This document shows positions 23,901 through 34,628 of a stretch of 64,000 bases of DNA, in pieces; positions within the stretch are counted from its first letter, which is position 1, and each line of letters opens with the position of its first letter. Source of the DNA: Schizochytrium sp. TIO01. Taxonomy: Eukaryota; Protista; Bigyra: Labyrinthulomycetes. Below the pieces are notes generated by a model. That model had not been told where the DNA came from and searched no databases. It saw only the letters and a list, made by a program, of their open reading frames with translations. Made by a program: the position numbers and the translations under genes. Location: positions 3,777,648 through 3,841,647 of the forward strand of contig SMSO01000014.1 of the NCBI GenBank assembly GCA_004764695.1, in the 5' to 3' direction.

Positions 23901-26900
23901 TCAATTGGTTATATGAAGAATTTCATGCAATCGTAACAGCTTTTGCTTTAATTGTTCTACATATGTAGAATGCGGACCTTTGGGCATGCAAAGACGAAGG
24001 AGCTGGCTTAAGCTGCTTTCAGCTCGAATAAGAATTGCCAGCGTTGGCGAAAGCTTGGGGCCTTGCCTCTCCAATGCTGATTGAAGCTGCTTGAGCCTCT
24101 GTTGTGAAGGAGTATTTTCTAATACTAGGGCACGAGCAAGTTCATGAGTGCCCTGTAGATCCTTCCCTTTAAGTAAATTCATATATAGACGGACCTGGGC
24201 CTCCAAAGCTCTCTGCATGAATCCTTCGTTCTTTTTGTCGCGAGCCATATCCAGAAGTTCAGCAGCTACATTTCCAATAAATTCTGAATCGATAGAATTA
24301 TGTATGGACATTTCAAAGGTATCAAGAAGTTGTGCGAGAATTTCCATACGATTCCGTTGATTATTACCCTTAACCTGAGTATTCTCAAGAAGACTGAGTA
24401 GAACTTGTTGAGCCTCATTCGCTCGGTGAAGCTCACAGAGTAAGCGGGCGATATTTTGAGTTGCACGTTGCTCGTCTTCCCATCGTTGCGCGGCGATTGC
24501 AAACTTGAGATGCTGCTGATGCATTTCAAGAGCTTCCTCAGTCTTATTCTGTAACTCCAGTGCCCGACCTAGAGTGGCAAGACATGGACCGACTCCTGTT
24601 TGCGCTGCTCTGAGAGACGAATGGGGCTTATCAGTGTTCCAAATTGGCTTGTCATCATCTTCAGCACTACTGCTTTCCGAACAACTTGTAGGTGATTTCT
24701 CTTCGGGTAGAGACGTCGCCACTGGCAGGTCAACAGCATCTTTATTGAAAGAATCTCCAAGGGCATAGGCTGTAGCAAGCTCTAATCGATCTCTCTCGGT
24801 CAGCTCTGCCCCAACCCCATCGCCTACTTGAAGTTGTAACTGGGCCTTTGCTGCCAGAATATGGCAACGTACAATAACATGCTCCTGCGATGAATTACAG
24901 AAGTTGAGAAGTTCTTCAATAGTTATGAGAGCTCCGTGAAGATCTCCTTGCAAACGTTGCAACGCGACGATTTCACGGAGAACTGCCATAACTAGATTGC
25001 TATTCTTGAGCTTAGTTTGTGCAAGATTTAAAGCTTCTTTGAGATCTTTGAGAGACTTCTGTTTCTTGCCTTGTTTAAAGAGGGTAAGGAATGTACTAGC
25101 TGTCTCGCTTGCACTTGGCTGGCTATCGGGATAATTTAAGGTAGTATCTCTTGAAGGGGTTTCTTGACTCATTGAAGAATGTGTGTCTGTTCTAGCTTGC
25201 AACTGCTTAGAAGCAGAACTCACTCGTGACTTACTCGGAGAGCGCATTGTATTTTTCTCAGAGGTATGAAAGAAACAATCCTCTTTCCATGATGCACCTT
25301 CTTTCTTCTCGTTTGTCGAGCTGCGCTCTTCTTGATTGTTACTTGGACTGATTAGCAATTCATTGCGGGTAGCTTCATTTCCTACTTGATTTGCTGTCTT
25401 CATGAGTGGTACTTTATCAGCCGAGTTATTTGTTTCACTGTCACACAAAGTCCGAAGAGGAATCAAGTACTCTTTATCTGCATATTCTTGCTCTTTTCGG
25501 ATTTTGCATAGTAGGATATCGAATTTCCCTTGTATGTGCTTTCGAATCGAACATATATCGGAAGCAACTCTCACTGCTCGGATCGATGCACTCGGGGGGC
25601 GTCTACGAGAGTGGTCATGCTTCCTAATGTTCAAATGACGAGGGCTCATAACTAACCCCTTCGTTTCGGCAAAGTCACCAAGGCATGAAGTAGTTGAACC
25701 CGAATTCCAAATGTCAACCAGCTCCTTCTGTTCGTAGGCATCTTGGTCCTCAGCAGGGACCTCGCCCTCAGGTGCCTTTCCCGCAGCAGAGATAGTGGCG
25801 ACTCCATTTTGAAGCGTAACTCGATGATTTCGTTTACCGCTATCTGCAGAAAAGGTAATGTGAGGCCTTCGATCTTCACCAAACCTTGCAGCATGGCGTT
25901 TAGCACCTTCGCTCGCTTCTAATTCGCGACCCATCGATGTGACAAGCTTCATGGAATCAAAATTCTCACTAAAGATGATTTTCCCCTGGTCATCATGCGG
26001 AAATCTAGACCGAGGCCATCTCTCTAGCATAGTCTGCTCCTCACTACCTGCCTCCGCATCCAAGGTAGCGTTTTCTTCGTCACCTGAATGCACGCTATTC
26101 CAGAGCGTGAAGCTATCTGTTGTACTATTTGAATGCTTGCTCATATGCGATGACCTACTTGGAGACTTGCTTAGTGTTTCTAAAAAGTTTTGATGAAAAT
26201 CTTCTGTGAATTCATTCTGCATTGTTAAGTGGAACACCGATGCTGACGATGAATTATCTTCGTGAGAATTGCTGCAAGATTCGGTTAAGTCAGAATCCTT
26301 GGACTGTCTTCTTGAGTGACTAAAGCTGGCTGTGTCAGCTTCTCCATGATTAGGGCTATTTTTTTGCCATGGGGGGCGTACTCTCTCAGGATGCTCTTTA
26401 AGTAGGCGGGCTCGAGCTCTTGGTGACTTTAAGTGACTTCGAAACCGAGGGCTCGGCGACATCGGCTTATGAACCCCTGTATGACCAGTATTTGGAGAAC
26501 CCTCTTGTTGTAAAGTGCGCAAGGACTCCGCAGAGCTTCGAGTAGTCAGGTACGATGTAGAGGTCCCAATGTCTGCAATTACGTCAAGGAAGTCCTGCTC
26601 AACTTGATTGCGAAATTCCCGTGGTTGATCTTGACGAGATATTGAAGAACGACGTGCGTTTGGACTCCAAGTTTTCTCAATAGCCTCTTTGAGCTCTACG
26701 GAATGCTTTCGTGTAGCACTGGCGTTCGCCTCCTGCGCTCGTTCGTTGTGCGTTAAGCTCAGTAGAGCCCCCCAAACTGTCTTGGATGCGTTTGTGTCCG
26801 CAACTTGTTGGGTAGCAAGACGAAATTTTTGATTGTGAAGCAACTGCTGTGGTGTTGGCTGACTCGATGAAGAGCCTCTTTTGCCTGATCGCGACTTTCC

Positions 26901-29408
26901 GCTACCTCCACCTTGCCCCCCCGCTCGCTTACTCGTAGGAGCTGTAGTTGAACCAGCTAGCAGGGCTTGTCGAGACTTAAACTCAAATTTTGTACGGAGA
27001 ACTCGAGCATCTGAGCTCAAGTCACACGCAGCTGGTTGATAAATCTCGTAGACAATTTTCAGTCGCTGAGAAACGTATCTCTTGATTTTTCCTTCTGGGG
27101 AAATGCCTCGAGAGGACCGGCTCCCATCTTGATACCATCGAAAATCCATGTGAGCTTCTCCACCGTGGTCAAAGTGGGCTTGGTGAAAAAGTAGCTTCTC
27201 AACTGCGTTGTGAAACTGTGCAAAGGAAAGTTTTCCACGATTTTTAGTGGTGCAAGGTGCGTTGATTACTTTGGCTGAATTTAGCAAAAGCACCGAATTG
27301 TTAGCCTGTAGCCGCTTCGCTGCGTCCCCAGGTACGCATGTGTCCTCTCCGGGATCCGCAGATGACATTGCAATGTTTTGAATGTCATGCCAACGTAGGG
27401 ACTTAAAACAGGTTGAATTACGCACGAATAGATGGAAGGACTCCCATGATATATATTGCATTCCTAGTGGGTCATCACGTACGGCATAGCTCGTGAACAC
27501 ACGACGAAGCTGCTTGTCGAGAGTCTCTTGGACAGCAGGCAGTTGATCATCAGACTGCTCAACAGGACTCGTATCAGGTTGGATCAATTGTTTTTTGAAA
27601 ATTTCTTGATATTTGTGACTCATCAGAAGAAGGAGACTCTGTAGTTTGCCTCCTGCGGTGACTAGCTCGTCTGCATCCTCAGCTTCGTATAGGTTAGCAA
27701 GTGATGCCCGCGATTGTGGATTGAGAATAACGCGGGCAAAGTCCGTCATAAGTACCATAAATTCTGGAAGTGAGAAGAATGTCGCGTCGATGATCTTATT
27801 TTTGGCCTCAGCCTCTCTTAAGAATTTGTCGAACTTTGAAAAGCGAACATGACTCAAATCTCCCAATGTATGCCGTATTTGCAGTGTTGTATGCTGAATT
27901 CGACGGGTCTCGACCTCATTCCCTTGATAAAATAGGCGCAGAACTCGTTCAATATGTCCCATGGATTCCACTGGATTGACCATTGCAATATCCCGTCCAT
28001 CTTCTTCGCACATGTTGTCCAGCTCAGCAAATGTGGGTGCTCGGCGTTGCTTTTTCCTTTTGGACCCAAATGAAATTAGAGAAACTTCATCTTGCGGGAA
28101 TTCATCATCATCATCAATCTCCTCATTTGTATTGTTTTGCTTTTCGCTCGCGACGCCCATATCCATTGTTGCAACTCTCATGAAGGCAGAGCGTAGTCTC
28201 AGCACTTCTTCCCAATCACGCTCTATACGAGCCCTTTGACAAGCGCGACAGCGATTCCCATTCATTCCTGCATTTGGAAAGAAAAATTTACAGCTTTTGC
28301 TACATGTTTGCTCGCCCCATTGGCCTTGGCGATTATTGAAGAAGGAATTCGAATAACTCATGTACGTTAACAGTCCAGGAGAGAGCATAAAGTCTTTCAG
28401 AAACTGGACCATACCAGCATACGAAAGACCAGAGCTGGTTTGCCCCTGCCTTTTCGAATAATCAAAAGGAGAATCATATTGGACCTTTTTTGAATTAATA
28501 CTTCCCTGGGCCTGTCCACAATTATTCGAAGTTTCTTGTTGGACCATGGACTCCCATGACCTTATTTGATGAGACAGTCTGACCTTTTCTGATGTTGAAT
28601 AGTAGACATAAAGGGGCTTAAAAACGTCTTCGTGCCTAACGAGAGTACGCACTATTTGTGGATAAAGTAAACTCTGACCACTTCTAGTAGAAACCCCGGA
28701 AGTTCGTGTGGCTTCCATATTTTCAACAGCTAGGCGAATCCGCGAATTTAATAGTCCTTCTAGCTTATCATAGCCTAAAAGCGCAGCAAGATGAATGAGA
28801 GCCTTTGCGAAGTCATCTCGGAGAAGCCATTTCATTTTGAGACGTTTCATACTAGACAAATTTTGTTCCGATGGCACCTCAGTAGATGTGGCAGGATTAA
28901 CATTATTCTCGCTAAGTCCAATTCTTGTTACTTTGGAAGCATGCTCTTCAAATATACCCACGGCTGTTTTGATTGTAACAACATTTGAGAGTAGGGAACA
29001 ATCCCTGCAGAAATTGAGAAAGTAGCCCAAACGAAGTCCATCTTTGGAACTGGCAAACACATAGTCTGGAGAAGTACGAGCACACTCGGCGGCCAGTTCC
29101 TCCACGATAGAACCAAAAACCTCCTTTTCGGGCATATGTTGGAACATCAAGTAAGCCGTACGACGCTTTGATTCAAGATCGCATTGGATTTGCAAAATGA
29201 ACTCAAAGATGGCATCCACTGACCACTTTTGTGTGAGTTCTCGCAGAAACTTTACGCGAGGGACAAGCTGCTGAATAGCAATTGCTCGACGTATTGCCCT
29301 TTGAATGATCACAGCACTCCTCTTATGCTTCAAAGATGGGGACGAATACTCGCGAACATAAGAGTCCCTTTGTAGGCGGAGACGTGCAAGAAGCTTGGCT
29401 TCACGCAT
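23901..29408 (-). CDS. Large protein with IQ-like motif, p25-alpha/EF-hand-like repeats and C-terminal TPRs (possibly flagellum-associated)
   Basis: 1835-aa ORF. IQ-like SAVIIQRAIRRAI. p25-alpha-like FLNFCRDCSLLSNVVTIKTAVGIF...FAKALIHLA and LRRVFTSYA...ISWESFHLFVRN...LSFAQFHNAVEKL. TPR-like CLATLGRALELQNKTEEALEMHQQHLKFA. The frame stays open upstream to 29498, so the N-terminus may be spliced or longer. Confidence 0.7.
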   Translation of the reverse strand: MREAKLLARLRLQRDSYVREYSSPSLKHKRSAVIIQRAIRRAIAIQQLVPRVKFLRELTQKWSVDAIFEFILQIQCDLESKRRTAYLMFQHMPEKEVFGSIVEELAAECARTSPDYVFASSKDGLRLGYFLNFCRDCSLLSNVVTIKTAVGIFEEHASKVTRIGLSENNVNPATSTEVPSEQNLSSMKRLKMKWLLRDDFAKALIHLAALLGYDKLEGLLNSRIRLAVENMEATRTSGVSTRSGQSLLYPQIVRTLVRHEDVFKPLYVYYSTSEKVRLSHQIRSWESMVQQETSNNCGQAQGSINSKKVQYDSPFDYSKRQGQTSSGLSYAGMVQFLKDFMLSPGLLTYMSYSNSFFNNRQGQWGEQTCSKSCKFFFPNAGMNGNRCRACQRARIERDWEEVLRLRSAFMRVATMDMGVASEKQNNTNEEIDDDDEFPQDEVSLISFGSKRKKQRRAPTFAELDNMCEEDGRDIAMVNPVESMGHIERVLRLFYQGNEVETRRIQHTTLQIRHTLGDLSHVRFSKFDKFLREAEAKNKIIDATFFSLPEFMVLMTDFARVILNPQSRASLANLYEAEDADELVTAGGKLQSLLLLMSHKYQEIFKKQLIQPDTSPVEQSDDQLPAVQETLDKQLRRVFTSYAVRDDPLGMQYISWESFHLFVRNSTCFKSLRWHDIQNIAMSSADPGEDTCVPGDAAKRLQANNSVLLLNSAKVINAPCTTKNRGKLSFAQFHNAVEKLLFHQAHFDHGGEAHMDFRWYQDGSRSSRGISPEGKIKRYVSQRLKIVYEIYQPAACDLSSDARVLRTKFEFKSRQALLAGSTTAPTSKRAGGQGGGSGKSRSGKRGSSSSQPTPQQLLHNQKFRLATQQVADTNASKTVWGALLSLTHNERAQEANASATRKHSVELKEAIEKTWSPNARRSSISRQDQPREFRNQVEQDFLDVIADIGTSTSYLTTRSSAESLRTLQQEGSPNTGHTGVHKPMSPSPRFRSHLKSPRARARLLKEHPERVRPPWQKNSPNHGEADTASFSHSRRQSKDSDLTESCSNSHEDNSSSASVFHLTMQNEFTEDFHQNFLETLSKSPSRSSHMSKHSNSTTDSFTLWNSVHSGDEENATLDAEAGSEEQTMLERWPRSRFPHDDQGKIIFSENFDSMKLVTSMGRELEASEGAKRHAARFGEDRRPHITFSADSGKRNHRVTLQNGVATISAAGKAPEGEVPAEDQDAYEQKELVDIWNSGSTTSCLGDFAETKGLVMSPRHLNIRKHDHSRRRPPSASIRAVRVASDICSIRKHIQGKFDILLCKIRKEQEYADKEYLIPLRTLCDSETNNSADKVPLMKTANQVGNEATRNELLISPSNNQEERSSTNEKKEGASWKEDCFFHTSEKNTMRSPSKSRVSSASKQLQARTDTHSSMSQETPSRDTTLNYPDSQPSASETASTFLTLFKQGKKQKSLKDLKEALNLAQTKLKNSNLVMAVLREIVALQRLQGDLHGALITIEELLNFCNSSQEHVIVRCHILAAKAQLQLQVGDGVGAELTERDRLELATAYALGDSFNKDAVDLPVATSLPEEKSPTSCSESSSAEDDDKPIWNTDKPHSSLRAAQTGVGPCLATLGRALELQNKTEEALEMHQQHLKFAIAAQRWEDEQRATQNIARLLCELHRANEAQQVLLSLLENTQVKGNNQRNRMEILAQLLDTFEMSIHNSIDSEFIGNVAAELLDMARDKKNEGFMQRALEAQVRLYMNLLKGKDLQGTHELARALVLENTPSQQRLKQLQSALERQGPKLSPTLAILIRAESSLSQLLRLCMPKGPHSTYVEQLKQKLLRLHEILHITN

Positions 29409-30339
29409 TGTGCTTGTGACAGCGGTCTCCAGACATCGACGACCAAACTTTCTGAAGCAAAGGTAGCACTCCCCTTTTGCAAGAAAGTCACTAGAGATTT
29501 ACTCCTTTAGTAACGTGGTTAGCACTGGCCTTTGCCCCTGGATGACGGAGGTCGATGAAGGATCCTCTCCGCCTAAGCACGATGGTGCTCGTAAAATCAC
29601 AGATTCACCAAAGTACACACCTGTCCGTTCCTTTGGACCATTAAAAAAAAATAGACCGCTTACTGAGACCTTTATTTATTTATGCAGATAGCTATCTGCC
29701 TAGGACCCAGGTATCCGGGTAAGAGAAAGATGAGGAGACAGTGATCCCTCTCGAAAAGCAAATAAACGTTGCAGCGCAGCGTTCAGGAAAGGTACATATG
29801 AGCTCTATTCTCTACACAATATATTATCAGGTTACCTGTGCTGAGCTTGGGCTGGCAGCTAGTTTCGATTGGCGCAGGTTCTGTACTTTACCAATTTTAT
29901 GTTTACAAATTAGGATTATTTACCTAAACCAGTTACGCCTCGCTTGCCGTGACCCTTCTCCGTTGGTCTCGAGCATAACAACTAACTTGAGCTCCCCAAA
30001 AGCTGCTTTGAGGGTTAATTTCCCAGCACTTCTGTTTAGCTTACGTTTGTGTAAAACTAGACCAACTGTCACCCAAAGCGGATTTACTTCGCCCTTCGAC
30101 AGGGCGCTGATTTATCAAACTGAGCTGTCAGATTCTATTCTTCTTCGGCTTAAGCACAATAAGACTGTCTTGTCACCTTTTTGGCAATACGAATCTGGTG
30201 CGCTTTCCTTTGAAGAGGATAATTGCATTCATACTGGCTCTGAAAACTTATTAGCAAGTCGTGTGTATTCATTGATACATTCTGAGTCAGAGAAGACGGA
30301 TTCAACCCTGATCCGTTTTGCACAAAACAAGAACTGGAC

Positions 30340-30413
30340 GTAAGGTTGTTACCCCTTGCCAGAGCTTTGCAAGGGCTGTCTAGCTTCTTTTAAAACTTTC
30401 TAACTGCAATTAG
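30340..30413 (+). other. Candidate 5'-UTR intron of the APC7 gene
   Basis: GTAAGG donor at 30340, CTAAC branch motif at 30400-30404, acceptor TAG at 30411-30413 (alternative CAG ending at 30425), just upstream of the APC7 ATG. Confidence 0.4.
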
Positions 30414-30484
30414 TTTCTGAAACAGGTCTCTGTGAGATCCAAGTAGAACAGCTCCAGCGAGCAAGACGAAGAACGCCAGAGGAA

Positions 30485-32218
30485 ATGAGCAAACCGCATG
30501 TCGATGAAATCTCGCATCTGCAGACCCAGGTGGCAAACCTAGCTGCAGCAGATGTCTTCGACGATGCGGAGCTTCTTGGCACAATGATGTTGAGCAAATC
30601 CTCCAAGAATTCGTCGAGACTACCGCAAGTGGGTATGGGCTCCCACCTGGAGTCACTTCTAATCTTTGCTGATTTGCTGAAGAGGCAAAGGGAGTTTAAA
30701 CGGGCCATTGACTTCTATAAGCAGGCTGCCACGGTACATTACAACTTGAATGTGAAGGTCATTGACGTGAACACCCCTCTGTTAGCAGAAACCTCCCGTC
30801 AAAGTGTGGTATCAGCATCCTGTGGAAGTAAGGAAAATGAACGAAGAAACTCACAGACGATTGATCTCGAAGTCTTGTCAGCACAAATCCGGTTTGCAAT
30901 CGCACGCTGTATGTGGGAGCTCAAACATAAGCAAGGTGCACTCAAAATGCTAGAGTCGATTAGTTCAAAACACCGCAGTGCACCAATCTTGCTGTGGATG
31001 GGGAAAATCTACGAGGCATGCGGGATGGACCGTCCCACTGTTGGGGCTTTGCGTGATGCCCTGCGATCTCAGCCTTACGCCTTAAGCGCTATTATTACGT
31101 TGCTGCGGCTTGGAGTGAACTCCAACGACGTTTGGCAGCTCTGCCAAACGAATACTCTTCATACTGACCAGGGATGGCTGCACCGCTTCATCGAGGCTCA
31201 CGGCCTTAAGTCATTGAATCAGCATCGCCCTGCGCTACAAAACTTCCAGAAACTGGGACAAGAGCTGCCAAACAATAGGCATATTCTCGCAAACATGGCA
31301 GACTTGAATATGCAGACCAACGATCCGAATGCCGCGCTTGCTCTGTTTCGTATTGCACGGCATGCGGACCCGACCTCGCTTGACCAAATGGATGTATATG
31401 CTACAATCATACATGAATTGGGCGATGCTGCGCTCCTGAACAGACTAACACGGGAGTTAATGGACATTGACGAAGCTCAACCAGAACCTTGGCTTGCTGT
31501 TGCTATGTTCTGTGATTTGAAGGGAGACGCAATGAGCGCGCTGAAGTTTGTTGGCAAAGCTTTAGAATTAAACCCTCAGCATGTTTGTTCTTACCACTTC
31601 AAGGGGGCATTGCAGCTTCGCATGAACCAGCCTGAGCTGAGTGTCTCGGCTTATTACAAAGCATATTCGATCAGACGTGATTTTGCTGCTTATCGCGGCC
31701 TCGTAAATGCATATTTGGCCATTCCGCGTGTGAGCGACGCTTTGCGAACCGCGAAGGAAGCTCTGCAGCTCATGCCGAAAGACCCTAGAGCAGTTCTTCT
31801 TGTTGGACGAGTTCTTGCACAAACTCCTGGAGATGGTCGCAAAAAGGCAAGCAAAGCTTATTTGAAAGCACTCAAATTAGATCCGCACTGCCACGAGGCC
31901 GCCACTGCGCTCGCTGATTTGTATATTGACGAGCATCATATGACTGATAATGCAGATCTAACTCCCGCAATTGAAGTCCTGAAAGAAGCTCTGCAGCATT
32001 GTCCACGGGATTCTCTACATGTTAAATTGGGTGATGTTTACGTTGTCCACGGCAATCTATCCTCTGCTTGGACGGAATACAATGCTGCACTGAGCATGAA
32101 CTCCGAAAATGTTCTTGCACGGGAAGGTATCGATCGTCTTGAGCGTTTAATGCCATCACAGGATGGCGAGGAAGGGGAGTTTGAGCTGGAAAACGAGTCT
32201 TCCGAGCCCGACTTGTGA
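30485..32218 (+). CDS. ANAPC7: Anaphase-promoting complex subunit 7 (TPR protein)
   Basis: 577-aa all-TPR protein with APC7-type motifs: ALKMLESISSKHRS, LRSQPYALSAIITLLRLGV, MDVYATII, LNRLTRELMDIDEAQPEPWLAVA, AYRGLVNAYL, LHVKLGD, AREGIDRLE. Acidic tail. Confidence 0.85.
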   Translation: MSKPHVDEISHLQTQVANLAAADVFDDAELLGTMMLSKSSKNSSRLPQVGMGSHLESLLIFADLLKRQREFKRAIDFYKQAATVHYNLNVKVIDVNTPLLAETSRQSVVSASCGSKENERRNSQTIDLEVLSAQIRFAIARCMWELKHKQGALKMLESISSKHRSAPILLWMGKIYEACGMDRPTVGALRDALRSQPYALSAIITLLRLGVNSNDVWQLCQTNTLHTDQGWLHRFIEAHGLKSLNQHRPALQNFQKLGQELPNNRHILANMADLNMQTNDPNAALALFRIARHADPTSLDQMDVYATIIHELGDAALLNRLTRELMDIDEAQPEPWLAVAMFCDLKGDAMSALKFVGKALELNPQHVCSYHFKGALQLRMNQPELSVSAYYKAYSIRRDFAAYRGLVNAYLAIPRVSDALRTAKEALQLMPKDPRAVLLVGRVLAQTPGDGRKKASKAYLKALKLDPHCHEAATALADLYIDEHHMTDNADLTPAIEVLKEALQHCPRDSLHVKLGDVYVVHGNLSSAWTEYNAALSMNSENVLAREGIDRLERLMPSQDGEEGEFELENESSEPDL

Positions 32219-32466
32219 GAAACTTATCCTAATACTCCAATGCACGAAGCACGAATTTCCAATAGTATTCCATTTTAAACTCATCTGACAGACATTAGAA
32301 TTTCTCTCAATCTAAACTACACAGAAAAGAAATTTTGTATTCGATTTTATTATAATTGCATGCATGTCTTTTACATTTGATTGCGTGACATAATTATCTA
32401 CTGGCTAGCCTTTCGCCATACCACCTTTGCAAGTAGAGATTTATTTTTGTTGCTATTATTGTCAAC

Positions 32467-32487
32467 GCTGCTGCTGCTGCTGCTGCT
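32467..32487. repeat. (GCT)7 microsatellite
   Basis: gctgctgctgctgctgctgct lies between the convergent 3' ends of APC7 and the next gene. Confidence 0.9.
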
Positions 32488-32677
32488 TCTGATGTTGTTG
32501 TTTTCATCTGAAACCATGCATTGGCTTGCCTTGCGGACACGGTTTAGAAAAGACGCACATGTCGGTGTGAAATCCATTAGGTTGGGCAAAAACTCCTTCC
32601 CTTCCAAAGCGAAGACTGATTATCATGTAGTACCTAGGCGACATTTTCACGTTTTGACTCACTTGAGAAAATGTGGC

Positions 32678-33301
32678 TTATGATATTTGATTAGTATTAT
32701 GAAGTTCGGTAACGAAAAAGCTGTTTTCAGAATCAGTTTGCGAGTTTTCTTGAAGAGACGACATACTTGGTGACTTCTTCAATGAACCCTTCTTTTTTCT
32801 AGAACCAGATCCCGCCCCAGATGATTTGTTACCAGTTCGTCGAGAAACAGTGGGCACTGGAATGCTCACAGCACTTCGGCTGGCGGCAAGGATCTGCTGA
32901 CGAATTTCTCGGTCTTCTTTGATTCTTTGGAGTCTTTCTGCGCGACGAGCTTTTTCGAGCATCTCAATTCGCTTTTGTTGAACTCGGTGACGCATTTCTT
33001 CCTCTTCTTTGCGCCGCAAAGAGTCTGCCCTTTCCGCTGCTTTGAATTCCTGTTCGATAATAAAGAGTTTGGATTTGTTTTTGTCCAAATTTACGACACG
33101 CCCATTCCCGTCGATTAGTCCATTTGCATATAGATGTGTTTGTACGTTTTTGCTACCAAAAAAGTTGCGCAGGTTTGAATCCTGAAGAGCGCTGTAGTCT
33201 GGAAGCTTTTCATTTGTGAAACCAAGATCGAAACCGAGCTCACGAGATTTCATAGCTTGCTTTTGTACCCGCTTGCGCGAAGCCTTCCCACGCGACGCCA
33301 T
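32678..33301 (-). CDS. Small basic coiled-coil protein resembling the N-terminal module of ERICH3/FSIP2-type ciliary proteins
   Basis: 207 aa. LPDYSALQDSNLRNFFGSKNVQTHLYANGLIDGNGRVV matches, as recalled, the Y.SL.D..L..YF......HL...GLI...G pattern at the ERICH3 N-terminus. It is followed by a charged coiled coil ending ERLQRIKE. Confidence 0.6.
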   Translation of the reverse strand: MASRGKASRKRVQKQAMKSRELGFDLGFTNEKLPDYSALQDSNLRNFFGSKNVQTHLYANGLIDGNGRVVNLDKNKSKLFIIEQEFKAAERADSLRRKEEEEMRHRVQQKRIEMLEKARRAERLQRIKEDREIRQQILAASRSAVSIPVPTVSRRTGNKSSGAGSGSRKKKGSLKKSPSMSSLQENSQTDSENSFFVTELHNTNQIS

Positions 33302-34628
33302 GATGCTGATAGTTTTCGTTAGTTTGAGAGTTGATATTCACCTTGTGAAAGCGTCTTCACGAAGAATTTCGAAATGAAGAATTGCTTGGCAGTGTCACTT
33401 TCACAGCTGCGAACTTGAGTCTCAAATCCTGAGCTCGATGCCCAATACGCTGCGACACTTTGCACAGTAGTGCCCAATGATCCTACCACGTTGATGCAGG
33501 CTGATTCGTTCCTGTTGCCGCAAGTTGAGATTTTTTGAGCGCCAATGCTAGTTTATCTTTGTAGTTTGAAATGCCAGAGAATATCAACTTCGGTATCGCA
33601 GAGCGCACACCTAGCGAGAACAGCATTTCCGCGTTCACAACAAAGAAAAAGAGAGAGAGAAAAAAAGTTAGTCTCAATCATGATAGTCCGTTTCGCTCAA
33701 TTTAGGGGAAAAAAAGGAAGAAGAAAAGTTAGATACGAAAAGATAATCTACAAACCACAAATTGAAAATGCATCAGCAGCATTCTCAACCTAGTGACATA
33801 TCATAATTTTTGCGGAAGAAAGCTCATAGCACCTATAGTAGATTAGCAATTCAAAGTTGAAACTAAACTCCAGAAGTGCACACCTAACGGACTAAAAATT
33901 TTTGAGTCAAGGTTGACTAATGATTTTTTAAAATCATCATCACATAGTACTATAATTTGGAAGTGTTGGCCTTGCCCTCTCGAGCCTAATATTTAGGTCT
34001 GCACAGGAACCTGAATGATGTAAGATATACCGCCTAAATGCGCTTAAATTTTAATTTCAATTTTATTTTTAATTGCAGAAATAGTCGATAGAAATGGCCA
34101 CACACATTTAACACGGGACTTACATGCATGCGCGCCCGCCCGCCCGCCCTTTTAAGCTCTGAAATGTAGTGTTTCCGATTCTAGGAAACTTTCAATGGTA
34201 TGATTCGATAAAGTTTCCCTTTCTTCTCCCTCGGTTGGTGATGTCAAGGTAGCAGAATCTCAGTTTCCCTTCAAGGGAGTGTAGCGAGAGCGTCAAGGAG
34301 CGATTTTTCCTGTTAATAAGCGGTAGCTACAGAGGAATGCCTTCAAAAGCCCTCTTTGAACACATTTCAAATGCAACATGCAGGAACATCTACTGGGGCT
34401 AAGCCGTCACGATAGCGTTTTGCTGTTTTTAAGTTTTGATTTATTGCAGAAGCAAAGATCGGGTTGCAAGAACAATGCAACCTCGGTTCAATAATAGTCA
34501 TCTGGAGAAAAATGCACTAAATGTTGGAATCCTAAAGATCCAAACTGCACAACTATAGCATATCTTGTTCTAAAGAATTTATCTACATATTTGCAATCGA
34601 TAATATGAAGTGAATCATTGCATAAACT

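Noticed and set aside
32381-32683. 100-aa ORF with a poly-Leu 'TM' segment
   Set aside because: The hydrophobic run is the (GCT)n microsatellite in a 3' intergenic region.
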